Shown piece by piece: positions 63,827 to 64,000 of a DNA stretch of 64,000 nucleotides (the stretch's first letter is position 1; each line of letters begins with the position of its first letter). Position numbers and translations under genes: made by a program. Source of the stretch: Octopus sinensis. Its lineage: Eukaryota. The stretch is from positions 41,850,001-41,914,000 of the forward strand of contig NC_043006.1 in assembly GCF_006345805.1 (NCBI RefSeq), read 5' to 3'. Below the pieces are notes generated by a model. The model made no database searches. It saw only the letters and a list, made by a program, of their open reading frames with translations, and was not told where the DNA came from.

Positions 63827-64000
63827 CATCTCTTTATAAATGTTCTGAAAACTATATACAAATTTGTATTTTTAATCTCATTCTGTTAACTTTATATATA
63901 TATAACTCTTTTTAAAATTATTTTTAATTGGCAAAAGTTATGAAGTGACTCATTGGCCGAGACTTTCGTACGTTTAAGTGCCATGCACGAAACTCTCAGC

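Larger units (their letters stand above)
63411..63903. mobile_element. Palindromic PLE pLTR-like element (~230-bp arms) with one HHR per arm
   Basis: 63424-63642 is the imperfect reverse complement of 63669-63889. Related to 20790-21000. Confidence 0.85.

Overview
AT-rich, microsatellite-dense animal genomic DNA. The SINE repertoire points to a coleoid cephalopod, most likely Octopus (inference). I find no intact host protein-coding gene. Most ORF-track entries are translations of (TA)n, (CA)n, (TAA)n or (GAA)n repeats. The window is mostly retroelements: several tRNA-derived SINE families, and decayed LINEs of the R4/Dong-like, L1/Tx1-like and RTE-like types. It also holds Tc1/mariner remnants, MITE-like fold-backs, a 5S rRNA pseudogene and a Penelope-like element (PLE) remnant with a GIY-YIG endonuclease. 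The main hidden signal is a set of minimal type-I hammerhead ribozyme (HHR) motifs with palindromic stem III, from about six unrelated sequence contexts. Most lie in long inverted repeats. Three stand out: (1) a tRNA-headed SINE-like element with an HHR in its tail (41283-41647; relatives at 17327-17494 and 53656-53905); (2) a retrozyme-like ~360-bp tandem monomer arranged as a ~1-kb palindrome with a CCGAUGA core (32272-33265); (3) a fold-back whose two HHRs carry A3:U8 in place of the C3:G8 core pair (38512-38944). Alignments and folds were done by eye, so boundaries are approximate and ribozyme activity is untested.
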